A stretch of 62,948 nucleotides of DNA, filler included. It is 5 parts of 5 records of this genome, joined end to end, with 100 filler letters (N's around TTAATTAATTAA, not from the genome) between each part and the next. Parts side by side here need not be neighbours in the genome. Positions count along the whole stretch, not along the records: positions 17,155 to 36,251 come from SRR20825006_243; 4 more parts are not named here. The stretch is one strand, 5' to 3'. Both the position numbers and the translations under genes were made by a program. Positions 20,766-29,712 of the stretch are shown in pieces (the first letter of the stretch is position 1; every line of letters starts with the position of its first letter). The notes under the pieces were generated by a model. That model was given only the letters and a program-made list of their open reading frames with translations, searched no databases and was not told the origin of the DNA.

Positions 20766-22372
20766 GACTCGAACACCCCCTGGATCGTGCCTGCGCCACC
20801 GGGGATGAAGTGGCCGTGAATGCCCATCCCCGCGAGCGCCGTGTAGACGACATCCGCGCTGGTGGCGGGCCGCATCTTTGCCGCGGTCTCGCCCTCGTCG
20901 ACGATGGCCATCGGCGCGCCGTTGGGGCCAGTGCCGTTCGGGTGAATGTTGCTAAAGTCGTAACCACCGATCATGCGGTTTGGCGAGGTCTGCGCCCCCG
21001 CGAAAATCGTCGAGGTGATCGGCCAGTGGTCACACGTGTTCGAGGTCGGCCACGTCCTGGCAAACTCCGAGAAGACCAACACCAACGTGTCATCGAGAAG
21101 TGTTCGGCCATCGCCCAACTGCGTCGCCTTCATCTCGCCAAGGAACCTCCCGATACAATCGAGGATCGAGCGGTTGTGGAGGAACTGATCCGGGTGACCA
21201 TCACCGTGGCTGTCGAAGTAGTAGTTCCCGACTCCTCGCACGCCGATGCTGATGGCGCTCGTGACATCGGCCTTCATCAACCTCAGCGCGAGGTTGAACA
21301 CGTTGGCGTAGCCCGTACCGGAATCACTCGAGATGCCGCGACCATGCATCACACCATAAGGGGTCCAGTTCGAGTTGACCCAGTGAGGGTGAGGGAGGTT
21401 CTCCCAGCCCGTCTGTGACTCGACCATCGTCATGACATCGCGCGCGAGCTGCTGGCTGACGCCGCTGTACATGTCATACATCGACTCGAGGTAGGCATCC
21501 TCTGGCGTGTTCGCGTTCTTTGCGATGGCGCGCATGCGCTCGAGCACGTGCGCCTCGAGCTTGTTCACGCCGATGGGCGTGGTGACGCTGTTGCTAAAGT
21601 CGGGCACGTCCTGCATCTGACGATCGCGCAGCCCCTTCCACGCCGTATCCGGGCGCTCCGAGAGCGAATACTGGAGCGCGTCGAGGTTTGGCAGGATCGT
21701 CGGCGCGCCCTCTGGCGCGAGACCGAGCGGAACGGGCACTGGCGCGAGGCTGCCGAGCGCGATGGCTGGCAGCGGGCGGCTCCCGGCGAACTCCTGATAG
21801 AGCCTCGAGGCGACGACCGAGTGCACCGCTGGCGCCCGGTAGCTGGAGCCCGCCGCGCCGCACATCGCGGAAACCACCGCGCCTTCATGCGAGGCGGTCT
21901 TCATGTCGACGCCGTGCACGATGTTGAGGTTCTCGTGCAACCCATACTCGCGATACGCCCACATATGGGGCGCGGTGCCCGAGCGCGCATCTCCCATCCC
22001 CGCCGATAACCCCGCCTCGTCCCACATATGAGGCACGCGCAGGCGTTGTAGCGAGGGGTCTCGAGGGTCCATCGCGTCGCCGCTCCCATCGAGGTTGCGG
22101 ATCTGCTCCGGGGTGAAGAAGCAAGGCTCACCGCTGTGCTCGCGAGGTTCTGGCAAGCGGGTGGTGATCTCTTCAGGCGTGAGCGGGCAGAACGCGTAAA
22201 CAGGCATCCACCCACCCTGGATATGCAAGGTGATGATGCGGCTCGGTGCGCCTTCGGGGCGACCCTCGGCGCGCGCTCTCCCGCTTAACAATCCAAAGGA
22301 GCCGAGCAGGCCCATCTGGGCCACCCCCAGGCTCGCCTTGAGCATCTGTCGTCTGGTCAGCTTTATCTTCAT
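20762..22372 (-). CDS. Tat-exported DUF1501/DUF1552-like protein
   Basis: TRRQML Tat motif, GGW, FDSH, LLDDTLVLVFSEFART...DHW. The ATG at 22372 overlaps the upstream TGA. Confidence 0.75.
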   Translation of the reverse strand: MKIKLTRRQMLKASLGVAQMGLLGSFGLLSGRARAEGRPEGAPSRIITLHIQGGWMPVYAFCPLTPEEITTRLPEPREHSGEPCFFTPEQIRNLDGSGDAMDPRDPSLQRLRVPHMWDEAGLSAGMGDARSGTAPHMWAYREYGLHENLNIVHGVDMKTASHEGAVVSAMCGAAGSSYRAPAVHSVVASRLYQEFAGSRPLPAIALGSLAPVPVPLGLAPEGAPTILPNLDALQYSLSERPDTAWKGLRDRQMQDVPDFSNSVTTPIGVNKLEAHVLERMRAIAKNANTPEDAYLESMYDMYSGVSQQLARDVMTMVESQTGWENLPHPHWVNSNWTPYGVMHGRGISSDSGTGYANVFNLALRLMKADVTSAISIGVRGVGNYYFDSHGDGHPDQFLHNRSILDCIGRFLGEMKATQLGDGRTLLDDTLVLVFSEFARTWPTSNTCDHWPITSTIFAGAQTSPNRMIGGYDFSNIHPNGTGPNGAPMAIVDEGETAAKMRPATSADVVYTALAGMGIHGHFIPGGAGTIQGVFES

Positions 22373-23493
22373 CAGTAACTTATCCACATCGGGTCACGCA
22401 CGAGCGCCGCGCATACGGCGACCCACGCGGTGCGTGGGTTTTGCTCGGCTGCGTAGGTGTCGTAGACGTTTGTCTTGAGCGCGCTCACTTCCTCGTCGGT
22501 GGCCACATGGCCCCAGAACCTGAGCATCAGGTAGCGAAGGTTGTCCTCGATCTGCGCGTCCGTGGCGTCCGCGAGCGCGCCTCGCGTGACGTGCTTGAAG
22601 AGGGCGTCGTTGTCCTCCTTATCGACGGCGAAACCACACCACGCTTGTGAGAGCTGGATGAGGTTCTGCCCGAAGGTCGGCGAGAAGCGCTTGTTTGGCC
22701 GGGTTCCATAGAGCTGTGAGCCGCCGCCCATGGCAAACCAGCGAAGCCCGGGCCCCTGGCTCGCCGGGCTGATGTGAGGGTCGTTGGTGACCGGCTTGAC
22801 GTCGTCCGGGTTGTACATCGGGTAGCGGTTTTGCCCCCAGTTGCGCCCCGAGCCAAATCGAACCACATCCTCGGAGGTGATGCCGAGGTGTTGGTAGAGC
22901 GTGTTCACGATCTGTCGCGCGTTCTTTCGCTCGACCGCTGGGATGTCAGCATCCTCGGTCGGAGGTCGCTGGCAACCTTCCAACTCCTCGATAAAGGTCG
23001 TGACTTGCTCCATCGACACGGACGTCTTGCCCGCGGCCTCCAGCTCCACGAACGTCTCCGTGCCGAGCGGCATCTGCGCGTATGCTCCCGTCGCGCGTCC
23101 CTCGAGGAGCGCGATCAGGCCCGATGAGCTCGGGTCGCCTGGCGTGACCCACTCGGGGTCCGAGACGAGCAAGCTGTAGAAGGACTCTGGCGAGGTGAAG
23201 TAGGGGGAGTTTCCGACGCGGTGGCACGCTCCGCAGGTTGGCTCGAGGCCCTCGTAGAGCGCTGTGACGCCACAATCGTTAGCAGGCAACTGGTTGCCCG
23301 AGTTCGACGGCGATGACATGTCACCATCGTTCCGGTTGTTTTCACCGCCCATGTCTGTGCCGCCACCGTTGTTTTCAGTGGGGGAGGGCGCCTGGTTGTT
23401 CGCTGGCGGAGCGTTGCTCGACATCACCCCTTCACAAGCAAAGAGGGTCAACGAGAGCAGGAGCACCGTTGCTCTTGAAGAACGCGTTGGCAC
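22372..23493 (-). CDS. Lipoprotein with CxxCH (putative c-type heme)
   Basis: Lipobox LFAC, Asn/Pro-rich tether, CGACH, QMP distal-Met candidate, C-terminal AWVAVCAALVRDP. Confidence 0.75.
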   Translation of the reverse strand: MPTRSSRATVLLLSLTLFACEGVMSSNAPPANNQAPSPTENNGGGTDMGGENNRNDGDMSSPSNSGNQLPANDCGVTALYEGLEPTCGACHRVGNSPYFTSPESFYSLLVSDPEWVTPGDPSSSGLIALLEGRATGAYAQMPLGTETFVELEAAGKTSVSMEQVTTFIEELEGCQRPPTEDADIPAVERKNARQIVNTLYQHLGITSEDVVRFGSGRNWGQNRYPMYNPDDVKPVTNDPHISPASQGPGLRWFAMGGGSQLYGTRPNKRFSPTFGQNLIQLSQAWCGFAVDKEDNDALFKHVTRGALADATDAQIEDNLRYLMLRFWGHVATDEEVSALKTNVYDTYAAEQNPRTAWVAVCAALVRDPMWISY

Positions 23494-23680
23494 TGCGTGC
23501 GATCCTTTCGAAAGAGGAGAAGGGTAGTGCTGTACGCTTCACACGAGCCTTGTTGGCCCGTGTCGATGCATTCACAGCGTCGAGGTTCAACAAAATCATA
23601 CCTTGAAGATGCCTCGACGCCAACTCACGAAAAGGGCATCAGGTCCAGTGATTTGGCGGGTTGTGTTGTACAAAGAGGGC

Positions 23681-24631
23681 TTACTTGCGCCACTGCTTGC
23701 CATCGCGCAGTGATTGCAGCGCGTGCGCGAAGTCTTCGGGGTAGGGCGCCGTGACCGAGATCTCCTCGCCGCTCTGATCGAGGAACCCGAGGGTCCTGGC
23801 ATGGAGCGCCTGGCGATCGATGAGCCGGTTATTCTGGCTCGCCTTCCCGCCATAGAGCTGGTCGCCAAGCAGCGGGCAGTTCGCGTCGAAGAAGTGCATC
23901 CTGATCTGGTGCGTGCGGCCAGTCTCGAGGCGGCACTCGACGAGCGCGATCCCTTGCGTGAAGCGCTCGAGCACCTCGAAGTGCGTGATGGCGTGCTTTC
24001 CGCGCGGGACATTTCCGGTGAAGCGAAAGCGGTTCTTCGGGTCGCGCCCATGCAGGGTCGAGAAGGTCCCCGCGTCATCCAGGCCGTGATCGATCACGAG
24101 CGCGTGGTAAGCGCGCTCGATGTCGTGCGTGCGAAACAGCTCGGAGAGGTGCCTGTGCGTCGCGTCGGTCTTGGTGATGACGATGGCGCCGCTGGTGTCC
24201 TTGTCGATCCTGTGGACGATGCCCGGGCGCAATGCGTCGCCAGCCTCCGAGAGTTCGCCATCCATATGATGGAGCAGTGCGTTGACCAGCGTCCCGTCGG
24301 GGTGTCCGAACGAGGGGTGAACGACCATGCCGTGGGTCTTGTCGATGATGGCGAGGTTGCTGTCCTCGTAGAGGATCGAGAGCGGGATGTCCTGCGCCTC
24401 GAGTGAGGGCGGGCTCGGGGGCGCATGAGCCCACGAGACGACCTCGCCGACCTTGAGCTTGTGCCCTGCCTTGACGATCTTTTCGTCGACATGCACTTCG
24501 CCGCTATCGATGCAGCGGCGCACCTGAGAGCGGGTCAGGGGAGGATCGTCTTGCTCGGCGAGGAAGACATCGAGGCGGACGCCTGCGTCCTCCTCGTCGA
24601 TGGGGAAGCGAAAATGAGTGGTCGTGGACAC
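23681..24631 (-). CDS. rluD: RluA/RluD-family pseudouridine synthase
   Basis: S4 domain, GMVVHP, GIVHRIDKDTSG, ETGRTHQIR, RQALHA. Confidence 0.92.
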   Translation of the reverse strand: MSTTTHFRFPIDEEDAGVRLDVFLAEQDDPPLTRSQVRRCIDSGEVHVDEKIVKAGHKLKVGEVVSWAHAPPSPPSLEAQDIPLSILYEDSNLAIIDKTHGMVVHPSFGHPDGTLVNALLHHMDGELSEAGDALRPGIVHRIDKDTSGAIVITKTDATHRHLSELFRTHDIERAYHALVIDHGLDDAGTFSTLHGRDPKNRFRFTGNVPRGKHAITHFEVLERFTQGIALVECRLETGRTHQIRMHFFDANCPLLGDQLYGGKASQNNRLIDRQALHARTLGFLDQSGEEISVTAPYPEDFAHALQSLRDGKQWRK

Positions 24632-24688
24632 GGTGTGGATCGCCAGAGGCTTTGAGAGAGGGCCAGGGCGGAGTCCGCAGGACGCGGA

Positions 24689-24961
24689 TCACCAGATGTG
24701 GCTATCGATGTGGCCGTAGTTGGCGAACACGATGTCGATGAACGCCTTCTCGAGGATGTTGGTGTTGTTGACGATCTCGTCACTGACATACGACTCGAAG
24801 TGCGAGCGTGCCTCGTGCATGATCCCCTCGAGCTCCTCGAAGAGGTTGTCATTCTTGATGCCCGCCTCGATCTTGCGTTGGATATCGGGATAGATGGTCA
24901 TATCCGAAGCGATGACGCGTGCGCGCTGAGCGGCCTTCTTTTCGTCAGTGATTTTGGCCAT
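24689..24961 (-). CDS. romX: RomX-like small protein (putative MglA GEF subunit)
   Basis: 90 aa; A.+AR.IASD...KI..GI..DNLFE.L...VS.EI...N..E+A..DIV...H+.S.IW resembles myxobacterial RomX as I recall it; GGAG RBS. Not verified by search. Confidence 0.7.
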   Translation of the reverse strand: MAKITDEKKAAQRARVIASDMTIYPDIQRKIEAGIKNDNLFEELEGIMHEARSHFESYVSDEIVNNTNILEKAFIDIVFANYGHIDSHIW

Positions 24962-25079
24962 GTGACGCTCCTATGGGCATGAAAACTTCAGGGTGTTTTT
25001 GCTGGGGTTGGCTCTTTCCAAGAGCCATTGTCCGGTGAGGTTAGCACGGAATCGCCACCTCGCGAAGTTCTTGTTTGCC

Positions 25080-26738
25080 TCAGTCCTCATCCTCGGGCGG
25101 CTCGTCGTATGTGGCGCCCGAGTTCGCGCGCAGGATATCGAGCAGGCGAAAGTACTCGAGCACGAGGTGGTCAGGATCGACGCTAAAGACCCTGGCGATC
25201 TCGCGAAGGTAACCTCGCAGATAAACGGACCGAGGGAGGATCTCGAGGTCTGCATCCTCGATCGCGGCCAGGTATTTAAGTCCGATGTGAGTGCGTTGGC
25301 TCAGGTCCCCGAGGCTGATGCCCTGTTGTCTGCGCAGGCGCTCGACCAAGCGGCCCGGGCTCTGCTCGGGCCGCACGCCGCCAACCGCGGGGAGTGAGAG
25401 TGGCGTCGCGCCTGCCGCAAGCGCTGGCGATGCGGCGGGCGTTCGAAGTCGCTCCCGCGATGGCGGGCTGTTTTCACCGGGCGGTCGGTTTGGCACAGCG
25501 CTGCCAGCGCCATCGCCCCCCTTGTCTCCTGCGTGCCTTGGCGTGGACAACGTCGCAGGATCTGGCGCGGAGGTTTCGCCGGGGAGGTTGAGCGAGCGCT
25601 TGTAGAGGAGCTCGATGCTCTCTGCCATACGCGCGCGCTCCTCTGGATCGGAGAACGCGAGCGCGACGGTAGCTTCCCTGCGGTATCCTTCCCACAACCT
25701 GCGGCAGTGTTGGCGCACGAGGTTCGGGTTGGTGTCCGCGCTCAGTCCGAGTTGGAGCGCGGTCGGCGCGTTCGGATCTGCTGGCACCGGTCGAGGGTAG
25801 CGCAGGTCGATGGTTTCGATCTGGGTGAGCGCGCGCACGAGCCGCTCGATGTCATTGGAGAGCGCCTCGTCGCCGCGCGTGGAGGTCAGCCCGGTGGTGC
25901 GGCGGTTGTAGAACCAGCGCCGATCTTCGTAATCGATCGGCGTCAAGAAGCGGGGGAAGATCCCCAATTCCTGGTACCAGGCGTGCGCGAGCACGAACCC
26001 GAGATCGCGCTCGGCGCCCTCCCTGACGAGGTTCACGATCAGGTACACCTGAAACGAGAGCAGCGTTTCTTCGAGCGCGCGCGTAAGAGAAGGTGCGTGT
26101 TCGAGGGCGGCGGCGAGCGTGTCGAGGTTGAGCTGGAGCGGCTGCTCGTAGAGGAAGTCAAAGATCTCGTCGCGCGCGTGTTGCCCTGCGGCGGTCGTGG
26201 CGATCGCCTGGAAGAGCGCCGAGCGCAAGTACTGGGTCGCCATCCTGACGGCCGCAGGCTCTGGCGTACAGACGATGATGGGGACATCGCTCAGTGTGAA
26301 CAGGCCGACGGGGAAGGGATCGAGCTCTGGCGGGAGGTCGAGGAGGATCAGATCGAAGTCGAGCTGTTGGAGCTGCGCGATAAACAGATCGGCTTGCAGG
26401 CGCGGCCGCACGAAGGGGTACTGTCGCGTGGGCGCGAGCGAGACGAGCCAGATGTTGCGGATGCCCGTCTCCTGGATGAAGTCCGCGAGGTGAGAGTCCT
26501 CTTCACCGAGCGGGATGATCTCCTCGTCGAGATCGAAGTAGGGCTCGGGGGCGTTGAGGAAGGCGTTGAGCGTGGGGCATGTATAAGAGGCGTCGACGCA
26601 GAGGATGCGTTGGCCTTGCCTGGCGAGCGATCGAGCGATCTCGGCGCACATCGTCGAGCGCCCCGTGCCCCCTTTGCCGCCGCCAAAGGCGACGATGCGG
26701 GGACGTTCCGCGTTGGGATTGTGTCCAATCAGATTCAC
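25080..26738 (-). CDS. MinD/FlhG-like P-loop ATPase fused to a degenerate J-like segment and RodZ-type HTH
   Basis: GGKGGTGRST, LLDLPP, VCTPEP, IVNLVR; C-terminal RRQQGISL...IGLKYLAAIE...YLRGYLREIA. GTG start with GAGGA RBS. Confidence 0.8.
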   Translation of the reverse strand: MNLIGHNPNAERPRIVAFGGGKGGTGRSTMCAEIARSLARQGQRILCVDASYTCPTLNAFLNAPEPYFDLDEEIIPLGEEDSHLADFIQETGIRNIWLVSLAPTRQYPFVRPRLQADLFIAQLQQLDFDLILLDLPPELDPFPVGLFTLSDVPIIVCTPEPAAVRMATQYLRSALFQAIATTAAGQHARDEIFDFLYEQPLQLNLDTLAAALEHAPSLTRALEETLLSFQVYLIVNLVREGAERDLGFVLAHAWYQELGIFPRFLTPIDYEDRRWFYNRRTTGLTSTRGDEALSNDIERLVRALTQIETIDLRYPRPVPADPNAPTALQLGLSADTNPNLVRQHCRRLWEGYRREATVALAFSDPEERARMAESIELLYKRSLNLPGETSAPDPATLSTPRHAGDKGGDGAGSAVPNRPPGENSPPSRERLRTPAASPALAAGATPLSLPAVGGVRPEQSPGRLVERLRRQQGISLGDLSQRTHIGLKYLAAIEDADLEILPRSVYLRGYLREIARVFSVDPDHLVLEYFRLLDILRANSGATYDEPPEDED

Positions 26739-26985
26739 GAGCGTTCCTCGAGGTGATTTGTGCGGATGAATTTCTTGCTGTCGAGGCGATCTGGGGTGAG
26801 GGTGGCAGTCACCGGCAACCTGCGGTCTCGACGCGCCCATCTGGCCACTATGTGGGCGGGCACACGTCTTACCCTTTGGATCATGACTTGGCAACCAACC
26901 GTCCTGCGAGTTACTGTAGCGTCGCCGAACAAGCACGAGTAAGTAATCCCCATGATTTTTCCGATAGCGTCAGGAAGGTGGTGCG

Positions 26986-29697
26986 GTGCCCAAGTTGGTT
27001 TACCAGGATCCAGAGACTGGGTTGGAGAAGTTCATCGAGCTCGGACCACAATTGACCGAGATGACGATCGGACGAAACCCAGGCAATGATCTCCGAATCA
27101 ACAACCCTTCGATCTCGCGAAAACATGCCCGCCTCTCGTACGACATGCAGTCCGGGCAGGTAAGCATTGCTGATCTCAAGAGTTCGAACGGGACGTATGT
27201 CAATGGCAACCGAGTTCAGGGCCAAGTGCTCGTGGACGGGGACAGGATTCGTGTGGGTGAGTTCCCACTCGACTTCCTGGAAGGGGGTGAAGAAGCCCCC
27301 GAGCCTCCCCGCTCCTCGACCAGCCTGGGCGGTTTCCAGGCGACAGGCCCCGAAGCGGGGGCAGCATACGGAGCCGAGCCTTACGGCGGCCAACCCGCGG
27401 GAGGAGGAGATCCTTTCGCGGCGCAGCCCGTAGGTGGCGGCGATCCTTATGCTGCTCAACCGATGGGCGGTGATCCCTACGCGGCGCAGCCCGTGGGTGG
27501 AGACCCTTACGCCGCGCAGCCGATGGGCGGAGGCGATCCTTACGCCGCGCAGCCCCTCGGGGGCGGCGCGACCGATCCTCCCTTTGTCGAGCCCGAGCCC
27601 TATAACCCAGGGCTCGAGGAGAACTCGCTGGGAGGCGGCGATCCTTACGCTGCGCAACCGCTCGGTGGCGGAGGCGGAGGCGGCGGACGCTTTGGCGCGC
27701 AGGAGTATCAACCTGAAGACTCCGTGCCTATCTATGATCCCGGCGACTACGATGATGATGAGATCCTCCCCGAAGTTTACGTCGGTGAGGATGACTATGA
27801 AGAGGTCTCCGCCGCGGCGGATGCCGCGTTCGATAATATGGGGGGAGGCGCGATCGCGCCTCCGCCACCCGAAGACGAGCCCGTCTATGGCGGCGGCGGT
27901 GGTGGCGGATTTGGCCAACCTGGCGGGAGCGGCGACTACGCCGCGGTCCCCGTCGGCGGCGGTGGCATGGCCCCCAACGCAGGCGGTGCAGGCGGTGTCC
28001 AGGTCGACAGCGCGGAGCTCAATGCCTTGCGCAGCGAGAACGAGGACCTCAAGGTTCGCGTGACCGATCTCGAGCGCGAGCGCGATGATTTGCGCGAGAC
28101 GCTCGATAAGAGCGCGTCTGACGCTGGTGGCGCCTCTCGCCTCCAGCTCGAGCGTCTTCGTAAGGAGCGCGACAGGCTCTCCGACGAGCGTCGCAACCTG
28201 ATGCGTCAGATCAGCGATCTCAAGCGAGAGCTCGAGGACGCGCCCGATCCCGAATACGTCGCGCAGATCGAGGAGGACCTCGAGCTCCAGAGCAACACCT
28301 CTGTGGAACTCGAGGAGGCGCTCGGTCAGGCCAACGCCGATATCGAATCGCGCGACGAGACGATCAACGATCAATACGGTCAGATCGAGGCGCTTCAGCA
28401 GGAGCTCGATGATCTTCGCGAGCACTACTCCGAGACGGAAGCCTCGGCGCAGGAGTCTCAGGCGACGATCCATAACCTCGAGACCGCGCTCGATGAGACG
28501 CGCGTCGAGCTCGAGCAGACCAACACCTCTTATCAGGACGCGCTGGCGACGATCGAGTCCCTCGAGGACACCGTCGACACGTTGCGTGGTGGGAGTGATT
28601 CCCTCGAGAGCGCGGTCGCCGAGCGCGACGCCCTGATCGATGATCTTCGCGCCAACCTCAGAGCGCGCGAGTCCGACGTCGAGCAGCGCGACGAGCGCAT
28701 CGGCGACTTGCTCAGCCGCCTCGAGGAAAACAGCGGTCAGATCGAGAACCTCACGCAAACCGTCGCGCACCTCGAAGCGGAGCTCGAAAGCCGCCCCGTT
28801 CCAGAGGATGTGGATCATCTCCACCAGGAAGTGCAGCGCCTCCAGCGCGATCTGGACGAGGTCGTCTCACAGCGCGATACACTGATCTCCGAGCGCGATG
28901 ATCTCTCCGAGCGTCTCACGAGCACCCAGCAGATCCTCGACGATGTGCAGGCGCGCTATGACACGATCGGCGAGGAGCGAGACTCCTACAAGCGCGAGCG
29001 CGACGCGCTCAAGCAAGAGAAGGTCGCCTTCGCTCGCGAGACCGATTACCTCCAGGTCGAAAAGCGCAAGCTCGGCGATCAGGCCGAGAAGCTGCAAAAG
29101 AAGAACGAGCAGCTCGAGGGCGAGAAGAAGAAGATGAAGGCCGCCTTCAAGGACCTCTCCACCGAACTCCGGGGATTGGTCACGGAGAACGCCAACCTCA
29201 AGCAGGAAATCCAGGACCTGAACACCCAGCTCGACTCCGGCCCGAAGCCAGAGCAGGTCTCCGAGTTGCAAGAGGAACTCAGCGCGGTTCAGGAGCTGCT
29301 CGAAGAAGCCAACCGACACATCTCCGAGCTCGAGGGGGACTCCACCGAGCTCACGCGCAGCCTTGGCGAGATGGCCGAGAAGCTCGAGAGCGCCGAGGCC
29401 GAGCTCGAGGAGCTGCGACAGGGCTCCGGTGATAGCGAAGAGGCGGAAGAACTCCGCGCCAAGATCGCCGAGCTCGAGCAGCTGCTCGAAGTGGCGGTCG
29501 AGGAAGGAGAGGGCGATGAAGTCCTCGAGTTGGAGAATCAGGAGCTTCGCAACCGGATCGAGGAGCTCGAGGCAGCCGCCGCAGAAGGCGGCGGTGGCGA
29601 TGATTCCTCCACGCAGATCCAGGAGCTCGAGGAGGCGCTGGCCGCAGTGATTCTCGAGCGCGACGAGCTCGAGAAGCAGCTCAAAGAGCTCGCCTGA
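26986..29697 (+). CDS. FHA-domain protein with DPYAAQP repeats and long acidic coiled coil
   Basis: FHA motifs IGR...SISRKHA...DLKSSNGTYVNG; low-complexity linker; E/L-rich heptads through the C-terminal half. Confidence 0.88.
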   Translation: MPKLVYQDPETGLEKFIELGPQLTEMTIGRNPGNDLRINNPSISRKHARLSYDMQSGQVSIADLKSSNGTYVNGNRVQGQVLVDGDRIRVGEFPLDFLEGGEEAPEPPRSSTSLGGFQATGPEAGAAYGAEPYGGQPAGGGDPFAAQPVGGGDPYAAQPMGGDPYAAQPVGGDPYAAQPMGGGDPYAAQPLGGGATDPPFVEPEPYNPGLEENSLGGGDPYAAQPLGGGGGGGGRFGAQEYQPEDSVPIYDPGDYDDDEILPEVYVGEDDYEEVSAAADAAFDNMGGGAIAPPPPEDEPVYGGGGGGGFGQPGGSGDYAAVPVGGGGMAPNAGGAGGVQVDSAELNALRSENEDLKVRVTDLERERDDLRETLDKSASDAGGASRLQLERLRKERDRLSDERRNLMRQISDLKRELEDAPDPEYVAQIEEDLELQSNTSVELEEALGQANADIESRDETINDQYGQIEALQQELDDLREHYSETEASAQESQATIHNLETALDETRVELEQTNTSYQDALATIESLEDTVDTLRGGSDSLESAVAERDALIDDLRANLRARESDVEQRDERIGDLLSRLEENSGQIENLTQTVAHLEAELESRPVPEDVDHLHQEVQRLQRDLDEVVSQRDTLISERDDLSERLTSTQQILDDVQARYDTIGEERDSYKRERDALKQEKVAFARETDYLQVEKRKLGDQAEKLQKKNEQLEGEKKKMKAAFKDLSTELRGLVTENANLKQEIQDLNTQLDSGPKPEQVSELQEELSAVQELLEEANRHISELEGDSTELTRSLGEMAEKLESAEAELEELRQGSGDSEEAEELRAKIAELEQLLEVAVEEGEGDEVLELENQELRNRIEELEAAAAEGGGGDDSSTQIQELEEALAAVILERDELEKQLKELA
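27376..27663 (+). repeat. Coding repeat GG(G)DP(Y/F)AAQP, six copies plus one degenerate
   Basis: 30-33 nt units with synonymous variation, inside the FHA gene. Confidence 0.9.
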
Positions 29698-29712
29698 GCG
29701 AGCCCTCGAAAA

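Noticed and set aside
23505..23520. CCTTTC-GAAA-GAGG as part of a c-di-GMP-I riboswitch
   Set aside because: It is on the wrong strand for the adjacent operon, and the GCAAAC and receptor elements are missing.
3800..24631. Two rluD genes as a duplication
   Set aside because: They lie on different contigs from apparently different organisms.
27376..27663. 30-33 nt repeats as a CRISPR array
   Set aside because: No unique spacers, variation is at synonymous positions, they sit inside an ORF, and there are no cas genes.
26911..28824. 637-aa minus-strand ORF
   Set aside because: Antisense shadow of the FHA/coiled-coil gene, expected from high-GC codon bias.
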